Source: Catajapyx aquilonaris (Eukaryota). From it: a stretch of DNA of 20,000 bases. The DNA lies in the NCBI GenBank assembly GCA_000934665.2, contig JYFJ02002038.1, forward strand, positions 44,075 through 64,074. Direction: 5' to 3'. Shown one piece after another: positions 1 to 11,624 of this stretch. Each line of letters starts with the position of its first letter. Within the stretch, counting starts at the first letter, position 1. A program made the position numbers and the translations under genes. The notes under the pieces are model-generated. The model worked only from the letters and a program-made list of their open reading frames with translations, was not told the origin of the DNA and ran no database searches.

Positions 1-479
1 TGCAAAACGGTCTCGTTTTAGCCATTGTGTAATGTAGTCCTTGAAGGGGTAATTAGATAAAAGATGAGAAACACAATATAATGAGTCAGTTTTCTGCTCT
101 AGCACAAATGGAAATGGTTGAAGTCCATGGACAGTGTGGCAGCCTGTATGTGATGAACCACCGTGATCTTCCAGCCCCACATACTGATGAGGGACCACCT
201 CAGGCTGTGGCGTATATGCAAATAGAAGGATTCCAGGAAGAAGCGCGCCGGACTTGGAAAAATCTGGTCTCGGAAATAACAACTCCTTGGTTTTTCGCAT
301 GGGATGACCTTGCCTGTTGTTTTAAAAGTGTTTTTTAAAATGTGACAGACTCGTTTTCGTGCACCCTATACGAAAGAGAAGAAGAAAATAGTGGTGTGCA
401 GCACCTGCTGATTCGTCGGTAGATTCGCCACATCCAAAGTGCGGATTCTAAGAAGAAATTCCCAGCTAGGCAATTTTAA

Positions 480-2932
480 TAACTCTGTGTTTTAACATTG
501 CAGCTGGCAGCTTTTTCCCAAGTACTGTCGCAAGCATTAGAACAACTTATCCGAAAAATCCAGGAGAACCACCAAATACTACCGGCTGACATCAAACAGC
601 CAAAAAATATCACATTAATCTTCTCCCATGAAAAGTGGATCAAGTTTTTTTTCCACAATAATTCCGGTGACTGTAATTAGCGAAGGAGCCCTTCCCTTCC
701 CTTACCCCCCACCCAAGACACGAGACCAACAAACATAAAGGTAAAGCCGAAGAGGTGCCTGGTCAAAAAAATTTAAGAAAAAAAAATGGGAGCAATCGGC
801 CTCCCTCCCTTTGGAAAAAGGATTGGAAGAAAAGTAATGACGGCGGCGATTGTTGATAAGAGAGTGAAAAAAGGCAAGGTTGCCAGATCCCTTCGGCACC
901 ACAGCATAAAAAAGAAGACTTCCCGAGGCCTGCCCAGCCCCCCGAGATATAAGACAGGCAACAATGCAAACCGCGCATACAAACACACACAAAAAAAATT
1001 AAGAGTTGGCGGCACACTTCGGCCTTCTTCATTAGCATGCCAGCTGCACGCGCACTGGCACATGTACCGAGGACCCCAACAATGAAACCAATGAGCCCAA
1101 CAATAATCGAAGAGTGGAACAGAGTGCCAGAAAATTAGAAAATTGAGATGCTCTGTATACGTGCCCTGCTTAGTCCCGTCAGGTGCCAGAAAAAGTACTC
1201 CCATTTGAAATAAACTCAATTATCTCCCTTCAAGATTGTTGGCATTTTTTTCGGGCTATTTGGCATTTCCACTCTTTATCTTGACACCTTATCGCACATT
1301 GCAGATACGTCACTTTTGCTAAGCAAAAAAAGGGGCGCATCTACACATTTTGCTTGTTTTTCGCGGTCCGAATTTCACTGCCATTTCCTTGTGCCGGCCC
1401 CACAAAAATATGCTGAGAAAATGAACTTGGCCCAGTGTTTAAATTCCTGTGACTCGGCATGGAGTTGGTGGGTCTGTTTTTTTGGGGGGATAATGGTCAT
1501 GCAGGCAGGGCCACGCCGAAGGTCGTGCACACTCCACCGGCGGAGTCGGCTGTCTCTCTTCTTCTTCTTTTTCTCTCATATATTTTTTTATACCGTGTTA
1601 TCCCCTGGGCCACGCGAGTGCTGATGGTGCACGTGACCAGCCAGCTATACGTATGCGCCCACTCACTTTTTTATATATTCTTCTTGGTCTTCTCTTCGGG
1701 GGTTTCTCTGCGGCTGCGGTCGCGTGCCAACAGATCCGTGACGACAATTTTTTTTCTGGAGGGGCCATCTCGGTACCTTTTTTTTTAAAAACTCGCCCTG
1801 AGGGTGAATTTACCCTCCGCCAAAGACAAAACCGTTGTACTCATTACCGCCAATTTTTTTTCCCCCTACACCTCCCCTGGTTCATCTACCTCCAATTAAC
1901 CGCCCTCGACACTACAGATTTAGAAAGAGAAAAAAGTGGGGCGATATAATTACCAGGGTTATTACTTGTAACCGACAAGGTCGCCTTGTTATAATAATTT
2001 GTATGAANGGGGGAACAAAAACCGATCCTGGACCTCTCAAGATTTTTCGGGGGCCTTCACCTTCGAGGGCGTCAGACCTTTTTGAAGGGGGACTGTGCCC
2101 TAGTTTCGACACCGCGCCGTTAATTACAATCCAATTATACAATCTCAATCAAATATTGGAGGCTAATAGGTCACGTTAGAGTAGCGATATGTAGCATACT
2201 TTTAATGTGTGTTATCTTAGCTTATTATCAGCAATACAGTAATTGCTTCAAGTACTTGCCATGACACTATAATCAATGAAACTTGCAGCGTCCTACGATG
2301 TACGAGTAATAATCATTAGTGTCGGAGCTCGTAATTTCAACTTTAGCACGAATTATTGTAATAAGTCAAATAGCAATATAGAGTATAATTAGTTAATACG
2401 TGCGACTCCGGTGCGACTATATTACATTTATAACCTTCATCTAGATTATAGCCTACTACTACTGTAGTAATAAAATGCAATTGAAAAACAATGTATGAAA
2501 TATAATAAATGCAAATTGTAATTCAGATGTCGAAAGATGCTCTATGTAACTTGTCACTTAAATGATTGTTATCTAGGAACTATACTGTAAATATACGCCA
2601 TTAACTCATTTAATTCATCATATGCGCACAGTATATGTAGTTGCTGTCTATTTACTTGATGAAAATCCTAGCTGCCTAGACATTTTCTAACCAACAGTAT
2701 TTAGTTACAAGAACAATAATTTATATTGAAACTTGATATTGTTTCTCGAGCCTTGCTCGACGATAAGCTTTCCAACAAAACACCTCTGTTACTTGACACT
2801 CAACGACACTCTTTTTTGTGTGTGTCTAAAGTGCAAACTTGTCATCCACACTACTGCTTACATTACAACCAAAGTGAGTTGATTGATAGTGCTCCATCTC
2901 CTTATCTGAACTCCACAGTCTCTTATACACCA
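480..2932 (+). mobile_element. Possible degraded 3' half of a Gypsy/errantivirus-like LTR retroelement (env-like fragments, polypurine tract, candidate LTR)
   Basis: CTTCGAGGGCGTCAGACCTTTTTGAAGGGGGAC then TG (purine tract 2084-2092, TG at 2094) resembles typical Gypsy 3' UTR/PPT/LTR junctions. An AT-rich tract follows, with a possible CA end at 2931-2932. Broken upstream peptides (QLIRKIQENHQILPADIKQPKNITLIF; FSTIIPVTV; GTLRPSSLACQLH) are only loosely reminiscent of env/F-like proteins. No second LTR and no RT/integrase is visible, and boundaries are uncertain. Confidence 0.25.
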
Positions 2933-2994
2933 TCGCGCCCTTGTTTAAATCTGCGCAACAAAAAAAGAATCGGTCAGTGGTTTGGCCAAACAAT

Positions 2995-3040
2995 CAGCAG
3001 GGTAATTGAACCCGAGTCTCCCGATTGCAGGACAGGCCAT
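2995..3040 (-). mobile_element. Degenerate tRNA-derived SINE head fragment
   Basis: Minus strand reads GCAATCGGGAGACTCGGGTTCAATTACC: a B-box-like motif at 3002-3012, with context similar to AATCGGGAGGTCCTGGGTTCGATCCC of the SINE at 11868-12337. No clear A box. Confidence 0.4.
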
Positions 3041-4531
3041 TAATAATTCCCGCGGAGCATAAACCGGTGGCAAAAAGACGAGAGACCGGGGCGCATGCTG
3101 GCTTAAGGAATGTGGCCATTTTTGGGGGACCCAGTGCGAAGGAGATGATAGGTTTTGTTGGTTGGGTTGGAGGGGGGGGGGGGGGGGTGGNGGGGGATGG
3201 TTTGCCTGATTAGACGCCGGCCTAACCGCAACCGGTTCGGCCCCAACCTGCACGAAAATGAATGCCCGCCTGACACGGAACATACACAACACTCCGAGCA
3301 AGCAACAGCAGCCTCCAGCACTACTACTACATCTCCAAACCCAGAAGACTGCCTGGGAATTGCCCTCAGGACATGGTGCCCTTCTTCAACACCTCTTCCC
3401 CCACCAAAAAAAAGGAGAAGAAGTGATGCCAGTAATAAATCAGGGACTGATAAATGCCCGGCTCTCCAGTGTGTGAACATATGGAGCTTTACAGGCTTTC
3501 AAAATTTTCCCAAGTGGGGAAAGACTAAAAGAGAGGTCGAATTAGCATCGTCCGTTGGCAAGTTCGAGTCCTCCAAAAATAAAAAGGGGGCAGATGGCCA
3601 TCCCCCGAATCTGGCTTCCACTTGATGATGTCCACACCGCAACAAGCGCTTTTGTGCGACAAAAATCCGGATATTGAAGCAGAAAGCCCCCGGAGGCTCC
3701 GGATTCCCACCAAACCACCCCCCTTTTGTCTTTCATTCTCTGAGACATAGCAGGGAGAGAGACAGAGAACATGTTCTCATCCCCCCCAAAAAACTAAAGG
3801 ACCCTGCTGGTTGCACTAACGGTAAAAATATTCAGGATCTGTGGAAAAACGGACACGTAACTAGAGACATGGGAAGTGTCGTGATTCACTCTATAAACTC
3901 TCTGTAAAGGCTGGACGTCGAACCCACTGTGCGATGTGAGTCAGAATCTTTTTTTTTTTTTTTGTATGGTTCAAAAAATAAAGCTACCTTGGCAAAGGCC
4001 GGAATATAATTAGCCGGTGAAGATGAGCTTCCCAGAAATGAAGAGTTGCGACGTTCTGGGGGTCAGTGTAGTGTGTAAGGTGGGTTTGCTTAAATTTTCG
4101 CTTGGCTGCTCTTGTTGCGTGGGAAAATCCGATTCGGACCGATGCGCAAAACCATGATCTCACCTGCACTAAGGCCCCCCCCCCTCCCCCACACCTACGC
4201 CCACTCTCCTGTCCTTTTTTTTGCACTATTTTATTCGCACATCAACGCCACGGCCTCACAAGGACAAGGGCACGCGACATGCACAAAAATCGCTCCAAAA
4301 AATAATGATAGAGACGCTCCAGGTTTTTCCAACACTCGCTGTATACAGTCGAAGCTGAATACATTGAGTTTCCGTTGATAGCACGAGCGATAAGGAGGCT
4401 CGAGGCAACGAAAAGCAAGATGATGCATGATTATAGGCTATAGAATAGGCTATAGAAGTAGCCCACTTGTGCTTATTTTCAAACGGATTTGCAGGAGTCG
4501 TTATGTTATACGGACGTCATGTTATGTCCTT

Positions 4532-4582
4532 TTTTTTCGGGTCTGAAATAATGCAAAATTGCAACTTTCAGACCCGAAAAAA
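4532..4582. repeat. 17-bp perfect inverted repeat (hairpin)
   Basis: TTTTTTCGGGTCTGAAA (4532-4548) and TTTCAGACCCGAAAAAA (4566-4582), separated by a 17-nt spacer containing TGCA-AAAT-TGCA. Confidence 0.8.
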
Positions 4583-4917
4583 GGGCGATTCAGCTCCCAG
4601 TAAGTAATTTTAATTTGCATTCATTAAACGATAAAAATATGGTAGTTGGCTACATTTTTATGGCTCGCAAAAAGAAGTCCAAGGCGCGCATGAAATTCGG
4701 GTGCACGTTTTGAGATGCCAATGGGCTAAACAACTGGTCTTACTTTGCATTCCAGCAAAATGTGGTCTGCATTTCGCCACCCTCTCCCCCCCTCAATTTT
4801 TTTGCGCAAAAGAATTCGCGATAAAAGGCTCGCATGCCACTGGGACTCATCCCCGATTTTAATCACGAGAGCACCACCAGTTATGAAAAGTGAAGGAAGA
4901 TTGATCATCGTGTGGCC

Positions 4918-4938
4918 ATGATGATGATGATGATGATG
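4918..4938. repeat. (ATG)7 microsatellite
   Basis: Read directly from the sequence. Confidence 0.95.
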
Positions 4939-5959
4939 GAAGTGAAGCAAGCACTAACAGAGGAGCAAGGACACAACAATACACCCTGGGTTATCATCCC
5001 TGGTAATCTGGACAGGTATTAGGAAACGCGAACTTCATGCTCGGCTTAGTCACACAAAGTTACTTGTGCATCGCCAGCAGAATAAAAGTGTGTGACTCAC
5101 CCGTGCACGACTGGCCAATAGTCACTTACTCACATTGCGTGCATTTTTCCCCCGTATAATGAAGCCTCTCGCTTGATGTGCTCGCCAACTTTTAGCAAAA
5201 TATCACTGAAGATTTGCAAAACGATCACGCTTAATTTCGCGACTGATTTTTTTGTGTCCAAAATATTGCATTATAAATTATGATACAATTTTTCCTCCCG
5301 ATTATAATTATATGGGACTTCTAATTTTTCTATCACGATTTGAGTATCTTATGATAATTACATTAAACGACAATTTCGACCAAAACATGATCGTTTTCCA
5401 TTGCAGGTCTTCAATTTGAATGGTGCGGAGTTACATGATAATTACTTCAAATAATTTATCGGCGTGGTTCTGTCATGAGATATGCCGGAAGCAGTGTGCA
5501 TCATCAAAGGAGCATGAAACCTCATGAAATTAATGTGCTGCGATTCAGGACAATTTTTACCACCTTGGTACAGTACTTTCCATACCGGTATGTAACTTTT
5601 GTAGGCCTACGAGTACTTTACCAGTGTTTCGTTACGGGTAATGGTTACAACACCTTTTCGTATCACCCTGACTTGTGTTACATCAGAACAGCATCGGCAT
5701 ATATTTTTTTTTGCGTATTTCCGAACCGCAATTACTGCGTTTCGCATGCTGAAAATTGTTCACCCAGTTCCAGAGTCCGCCACGTGATGGCAGAGGAGAA
5801 ACGAGCAGAGACTGGTGAGTGGCGATGAACATCCTTCCCCACGAGGCATCTCCCGGCCACACCACAAACCACTTCAGTTGTTCCTTCAGAAGTTATTTCA
5901 ATCGCACAATATTATATTCATTTAACATAACAAATAGAGAGGGGGGGAAAAAACAACTT

Positions 5960-5965
5960 TTTAAT
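5960..5965 (-). terminator. Candidate polyadenylation signal (ATTAAA) of the SPAG17-like gene
   Basis: TTTAAT on + is ATTAAA on minus, about 43 nt after the TGA at 6008, followed by GT/T-rich sequence on the minus strand. Confidence 0.45.
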
Positions 5966-6007
5966 GGCTTCAGAAATGGCTGTTGCAATTAGGATCTTGT
6001 GAGGCGA

Positions 6008-9000
6008 TCAGAGGCTGTGGTCGATCATGTATGGGTCCCGGCCCCTGATTCCTTCGAGGTAATCCCACTGCAAGTAGTAGTGCTCCACGCCAGCCCCCCC
6101 AGAGGACCTTATTCCCTTTGAGTCGGTCGGAGCTGCAGTCCTCATCCCCGCTACCTTATTCCTTCGGATGTTCTCCTTCACCCTCCTCTGGACCACCTCC
6201 CTGGCTTCCCTCAGGTCCAGCTCCCAGGTGGGACGCCATGCGATGGGGCCGTCCCAACAGTCCGTCGGTTCAACCCTGGTCATGCGCCAGGCCTTCTCTT
6301 CGCGGAGACGCTCAACCAGAACCCGGGCCATTCCCGCCAGGCTTCCGCCGGACACGATCCTCAGCTTCTCAAGGTGTCTCTCCAGCACAGTGTGGGTGGT
6401 GCTGCGACCCAGCTGCGTTCCGTACCACTGCTCGTCCCACGAGTCCACGCTGCCCTGCCCCGAAGAGTCGCTGGCCATGGTGGACGAGGAGTCTGACGGG
6501 ACGAACAAGGTCAGCTCGGACTCGTCGCTGGCGAACCTCTTGTCCAGGACCATGGCCAGTCGGAAGATGTGCTCCGGATCACGCTCCGTTTGGGGCACGG
6601 TCAGTCCCACCATGCCCGATCCGTCCGGCTCCTCCACGATGACCCCCTTCTGGTACGCCACCTGCTGCTTCCAAAGGGACATCGACGGAGGGTCCATGTA
6701 CTCAAACCCTTCAGTCTCGTCGTACCGGATGGCGATGGCCCGACACATCTGCTTCACCTGCCCATTGTGCCTCGACTCCAACTCCAGCGATCCGGACTGG
6801 GTCACGCGCACCATGCACGTGTGGGCCTGGTCCAAAACCTCGGCCATGGTCCGTCGCGACGTCAACGGGTACCGGTTCTCAAGCTGAATGACGCACAAGT
6901 CTCTCGCTGTCTTCCAGAGGGCTTCCAGCTCGTACACGTGCAATGCCATCCCGTCTGGCATAGTGATGCGCAAGGAATTGTCGCATCGTGTCTGAGAAGA
7001 CCCATCCGGGGCAGTCACCGTGACGACCAAATCCGAGGAGATGTCCACCGTCGCGTAATCCGGATGATGCACGCGTCGCTCGGCCAACACCGTCACCCAC
7101 TCGTCCGTATCAGCCATTCCCGGTATTCCGTCGAACATGTACGTCCTGGTGGTCACCTTGGTCCGGTCCGGGAAGTTGATCTCCATCCTGGAGTCCGCCA
7201 CGTAAAGGAGGGACCTGACGCCGTCCAGACGATGCCGCTCCTCCGCCACGACGTCGTCCCCTCGCGTCCGCAGCGTCCTCTTGTACCCATTCAACCAGCC
7301 GAACTCTTCCTTCTTCCCTTGGAACCGAACGACGATGCGCCCATCCGGACACAGCACCTGGACCACATCTTCCGGCATAATTCGGACCACCTCTCCGTTG
7401 ACCGTCACGTACCTGCATAGCTCATCCTGGCCCTTGGTGAAGCTCTGCCGTACCACCGCATTCCCTCGGGTGTCGAACTTGACGTCGACCATCAACCCGG
7501 ATATGGGGAAAGCCATGGTCAGCTCGTGGTGTCGCCACCACTCCTTCCGCGACGGTGCCCTGATGTGTAGTCGCTTCTTGGTCGTGTCGGGCATGGACGC
7601 TGGCGTCGCACCCCCAACAGGCACCGCCGCCATCGTCGCCGTGTCCGACTGGATCAGCCGGAACGACCCGTGCCGCCTCTTCGAGAACGGAATCCTCTTC
7701 TTCATGGCGCGGACCACCACGGTGTGACCGGACGGTGTCACCACTCGCAGGCTCGGTACCAGCATGCCCTCCGAGGTCTTGCCAGTCACCTCCGGGTAGC
7801 ACTGCAGGTAGTGGCCGCTCCTGCAGGTGACCACCAGCTTGTGCTTCCTCTTCGGGTCGCATGCCGACCAGGACTGTGTGTAGCACACCTGCGTACCGTT
7901 CGGCAGGTGGAAGGACGAGGTGTCCGTGAACAGCTCCACGTAACAACTGCTCATTTCGTAGGCCATGGATTGCTGGCCCTGCCAGCGCTTGATGGACTCG
8001 TGGTGCACCACGTAGTCCCGAAACCCAGTCGGGGTCGGTATGGCATGCGACTCCGACGTGCAGTGCTGCCACCCTCCTCCGGGCACCACCTGACCCGGGT
8101 GGTAGAACCGGACCAGAACCGTCCTGAGGGCCGGTACCATCGCCTCGTCCCACGACTGGAACTCTCGGTGCGATCTGTGCAGAAGCTGCAGAAGATCCGC
8201 GTACGAGATGCGCTCTGCGTAGTACGTCTCCTGGTCCCAGCCAGTGTCCTCCATCGTGGACATCACGTCCAGAAGTGGGTACCCCTGCTGTCCTGACCCG
8301 TGCTCCGGGAAGTTGGCCAACGCCACGTGAATCGAGTGGAACAACTCCGGAGCAGTGATGTGCTCGCCCTGCCTGTCCCGGTTGATGAAGTGGAGCATCC
8401 GGGACACCATGCAGTGTCCGGTTGACCAGTCAGGGTACCTGATCGTCTTTGGGTCGGCCATCCGGATCGCCGTCTGAATGGACGGAAGCATCCGGAGCAC
8501 GCGAGGAGGCTCCCTCGCCAACGAGTCGTTGGTCATGTCGGACGTCGACACCAGTCTGGGAAACGCCAGCACCGCCGAACCTCCCGACGACTTCCGGCTG
8601 TCGGACCCACCATACGGAACGGACACGTACCGGACGTCCTCCCTGATCCCTTCTTTCAGGACGCATACCTGGTCCGCCATCACGTCCAGTATGCTGCTGA
8701 CACATACACCTCCCTGCGACAGTCCTTCGATGGTGTCCAGCCTGCTCCGGTACAGCCCCAGGTATTCCCTGGACGGAGGCCGGTGCGTCGGTAGTGTCAC
8801 GACGCGAAGGGACTCCAGGAAGTCCTTGTGGGACATGTAGAGCTGCCACAGCTCGTGCACCGTGCTCTTCAACAAGACCACCACCTCGTCATCCACTTTC
8901 GCTTTGGGCTTGGTGGTGGTGGACCCATCCGACGTTGAGCTTATCACGCTCAGCGCGCTCATCTTCTTCGAGGCTGTGACACTGAGGGTGGGAATGGGGA

Positions 9001-9138
9001 CGGCCACTGTCTTAGCCGCCACCTGGTGCAAGGGGTTGCCTAAGGAGTTGGCTCGAATGAAGTCCTCCACGTCTGAATGGAGGTCGTCGTTTGCCACAGG
9101 CGCACCCTGCATCCGGATCACTCCCAGAACCAGAACGC
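6008..9138 (-). CDS. SPAG17: Sperm-associated antigen 17 / PF6-like central-pair (C1a) protein, coding exon 2 (last)
   Basis: 3131-nt open exon after acceptor ...CTCACTGAAAG|GC, stop TGA at 6010-6008. Colinear motifs match SPAG17 as I recall it: VHELWQLYMSHKDFLESLRVVTLP, YYAERISYADLLQLLHRSHREF, PTGFRDYV, AYEMSSCYVELFTDTSSFHLPNG, ELCRYVTVNGEVVRIMPEDVVQVLCPDG, INFPDRTKVTT, RVHHPDYATV. Confidence 0.85.
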
Positions 9139-9243
9139 CTTTCAGTGAGCAAATTGAAGTAAATGCCAAAGGTCAAAATGAAGATGATGCGCTCTATGTG
9201 CCCTTCCACTCTTAATAAATTAAAAACCAGCCATTCTGCTCAC
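9139..9243 (-). other. 105-bp phase-1 GT-AG intron of the SPAG17-like gene
   Basis: Donor ATG G|GTGAGC at 9243 and acceptor CTCACTGAAAG| ending at 9139. AT-rich relative to the exons and contains an in-frame TAA (9214-9212). Splicing restores the SPAG17-type motif IILGLYKAEVLKELLRMG-VLVLGVIRM. Confidence 0.85.
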
Positions 9244-9955
9244 CCATTCTGAGAAGCTCCTTCAAGACTTCCGCCTTGTAGAGGCCTAGGATGATGGCGA
9301 CGCACTCCGGACTGGAAAGGCTCTCGTCTACTGCTGGGGGGTTGTCCTGGTGGCCATCCACCTTCGCAGTGTCCACGTTGGGCGTATTTGAATCCCTGGA
9401 CGCCTTGGTCTCCCCCGTGGGAGGCTTCTCCCTCGAGAGCAGGTCGGCCCTGATCCTCAGGAGGTGGCTCTTGATGGCCTGTGCCACCAGCCTCGGGGGC
9501 GGTCCAGGAGAGTTGGGTGAGGCCAGCCTGTCCTGGTTGATCTTCTGCAGCTTCTTGAAGGGCTGTGGGAAAGGAGGGGCAGGCGAGCACTTTCCCTTCA
9601 GGGACATGTCCTGCTCCAGGACTGTCCAGTCCACGAAGCGGGTGCTCTGTCCCAATTCCTCTCCAGGGAAGGTCATCGCGGGAGTCGTCCCTCCACTACT
9701 TCCAGTGAGGTTCAATATGGACTGCTGGCTTGTCCTGACCCCTGTGGTCGGGGTGGAGAGCGGGGTGGAGATGTCCGACGGGGTGGAGGGCGGCTGGGGT
9801 GGTGCGGCGGACACTGCGATGACCACGCACCTCCAGGGGGGCACCTTCTGGGTCAGGTTCAAGGGCATCTCCTCCAGGGCCATCTCCCAAGGGGACTCCC
9901 CGTTTGGGCCCCGGACCGTGCCCAGGGGTTCCTTGGCGGACTTCTTGGGCGCCAT
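9244..9955 (-). CDS. SPAG17: SPAG17/PF6-like protein, coding exon 1
   Basis: Begins MAPKK...SPWEMAL, like the SPAG17 N-terminus (MAPKK...WEPSL, from memory), and contains LVAQAIKSHLLRIR. An in-frame TGA two codons upstream supports ATG 9955 as the start. Confidence 0.85.
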
Positions 9956-9968
9956 CTCTCACTGGCAC

Positions 9969-10107
9969 CTGGGAAGAAAGCCAAGTGCTCCAGAGGGCGA
10001 TCGATGTGTTGGCTGGTTTATCTTAACGAGAGAAAAATACAACCTTATTCTTATAAGACAGCCCTTCAAGCTCACTAATCTCTAACGTAATTATTGGTGG
10101 AACTCAC
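9969..10107 (-). other. Probable 5' UTR intron of the SPAG17-like gene
   Basis: Acceptor CTTTCTTCCCAG| ends at 9969, 13 nt before the ATG. Consensus donor CG|GTGAGT lies at 10107. Confidence 0.55.
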
Positions 10108-10683
10108 CGAGTGTCACTTATAATCCAACTATCCAGGTATGCGTCACTCTCCAGCTTCCTCAACCCGCACACTGCTCCTTTGAAAGGCGAAACGAACTGC
10201 AAAAGAAGTGAAGGTGCGACGCTAATTCCACGCCAGAAGCAGCAACTCCTGGAAAAGGTCACGGCAATGAAAAAAAGAGTAATCAACGCAGGGTAGCCAG
10301 CCTTCCCGTGTATCCAGGTATACAACAATGAAAATCACGATGAAAACAGTGAAAAGTTGCTCCCCTATGCGTGAGTCTGCTGCTTAATATGCTTCTTCAA
10401 CAAACACCTGTAAAACGATATACCAGAGAAAAGTGCTGATCTGAAAATGGATGGTGAAATGATGCAGGTTATAACCTCGTATGTGGTTGAAATCAAAGTG
10501 AAAACTTCCAGACCTATCCTGTTTCTCTCGGCATGTTTTCCTACTCAATTTGTAAGGAAACAGCACACGATTTTTGCTGCTGCGACTTTAAAAGACCCTA
10601 AAATTTTGCGAATTTGTCAGCTTGCACGCAATCGCGTGAATACTTCATATTTCAATCCACGGTCGCATTTAAAAAAAGGTTTT

Positions 10684-10698
10684 GTTGCCAGCAGAGAC
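10684..10698. promoter_or_regulatory. Candidate RFX X-box upstream of the SPAG17-like gene
   Basis: GTTGCC-AGC-AGAGAC fits the degenerate GYTRYY-N1-3-RRHRAC X-box consensus of ciliary genes, about 730 bp upstream of the ATG. The motif is degenerate, so chance is possible. Confidence 0.3.
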
Positions 10699-10871
10699 AC
10701 TCCTCATGAGCCAAAAACTTTGCAAAAGTACAGGGATACAAAAAAAAACATCACAGCAAATATAATTATTGATTTATTTCAGGTTGTGTTGCTATTTCTC
10801 CTCCGTACAGCAGTCTACATGATGCCTCATTTTGCATGCTGCACAACCAGACAAACGCCATTTCAAAAGTC

Positions 10872-10877
10872 TTTATT
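10872..10877 (-). terminator. Candidate distal AATAAA polyadenylation signal of the zinc-finger gene
   Basis: TTTATT on + is AATAAA on minus, about 1.6 kb downstream of the zinc-finger stop. Alternative AATAAA hexamers lie in the SINE tail near 11867-11892. Confidence 0.3.
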
Positions 10878-11310
10878 TAACACATATCAGTGATGTATAG
10901 GCTACTATAGGAGGAAATTCTCTTTCAATTTGCCCTTATATCATTTGAGGCCATGACTAAATTTAAACAAACCAAAAAAACAACAACTCGAGATCTATAC
11001 GTATATATGGATGGCAGGTCATGAGGTTGTGTTTTCCTTGTATCACCATTGTGATTGATGAAACATGGGGTCAGGTTTTTCCTGTTACCATCTTATGTTT
11101 GAATGCCCAATATTTAATATGCCTCACAGTCAATACCTGAACAATGTTTCACACTATCCTACAAATTATTTTCATTTGACATTCTCTGATCCCATTAAAT
11201 CGACTATTTTTGATGTATACAATTTCTGTTGGTATATGGGCATTTATGTCTATGTGTGATGTATGAGGTTGTGTCCCCCTATACGAGCAATTCTCCATAA
11301 CAGGGAATAA

Positions 11311-11340
11311 AAACAAACAAACAAACAAACAAACAAACAA
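11311..11340. repeat. (AAAC)7 microsatellite
   Basis: Read directly from the sequence. Confidence 0.95.
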
Positions 11341-11624
11341 TACTGGTAAATGTCTTGAAATGTACCAAAACTCTGTTACATAAAGATTATAAAATAATTT
11401 CAAATACATATGACCTCAGTATAGCAATAGACATTTCATGCTCGAACATCTGAAATGCTCACCCTGGATTTACAAAAAAAAACACACACACCCATATAAA
11501 AACCACAGTTCGTGTATACTGTATACAGTGAATCATTCAATAGAAACCTGAGAGGCAAATCGATGACAGCTAATTACTCGTGCATTACTGCACTATGAAA
11601 CCCAAGATATTGAAATCCGAATGT

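Noticed and set aside
3169..3196. G-quadruplex-forming poly-G tract
   Set aside because: It contains an N and lies in homopolymer-noisy sequence, so its length and content are unreliable.
3155..3625. 156-aa ORF with an NLS-like PKKRRR motif
   Set aside because: It lies in error-prone sequence, starts in a poly-G/N tract, and has no recognisable domain or clear splice structure.
4726..4950. Poly-His ORF
   Set aside because: The His run is simply the reverse strand of the (ATG)7 microsatellite.
9139..9243. Two separate genes (247 aa and 1053 aa) as given by the ORF track
   Set aside because: A phase-compatible GT-AG intron joins them and restores a continuous SPAG17 motif.
6118..10085. Long plus-strand and alternative-frame ORFs overlapping SPAG17 (e.g. 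6569-7420, 7422-8153, 9291-10085)
   Set aside because: Shadow ORFs expected from a GC-rich CDS. They show no recognisable domains.
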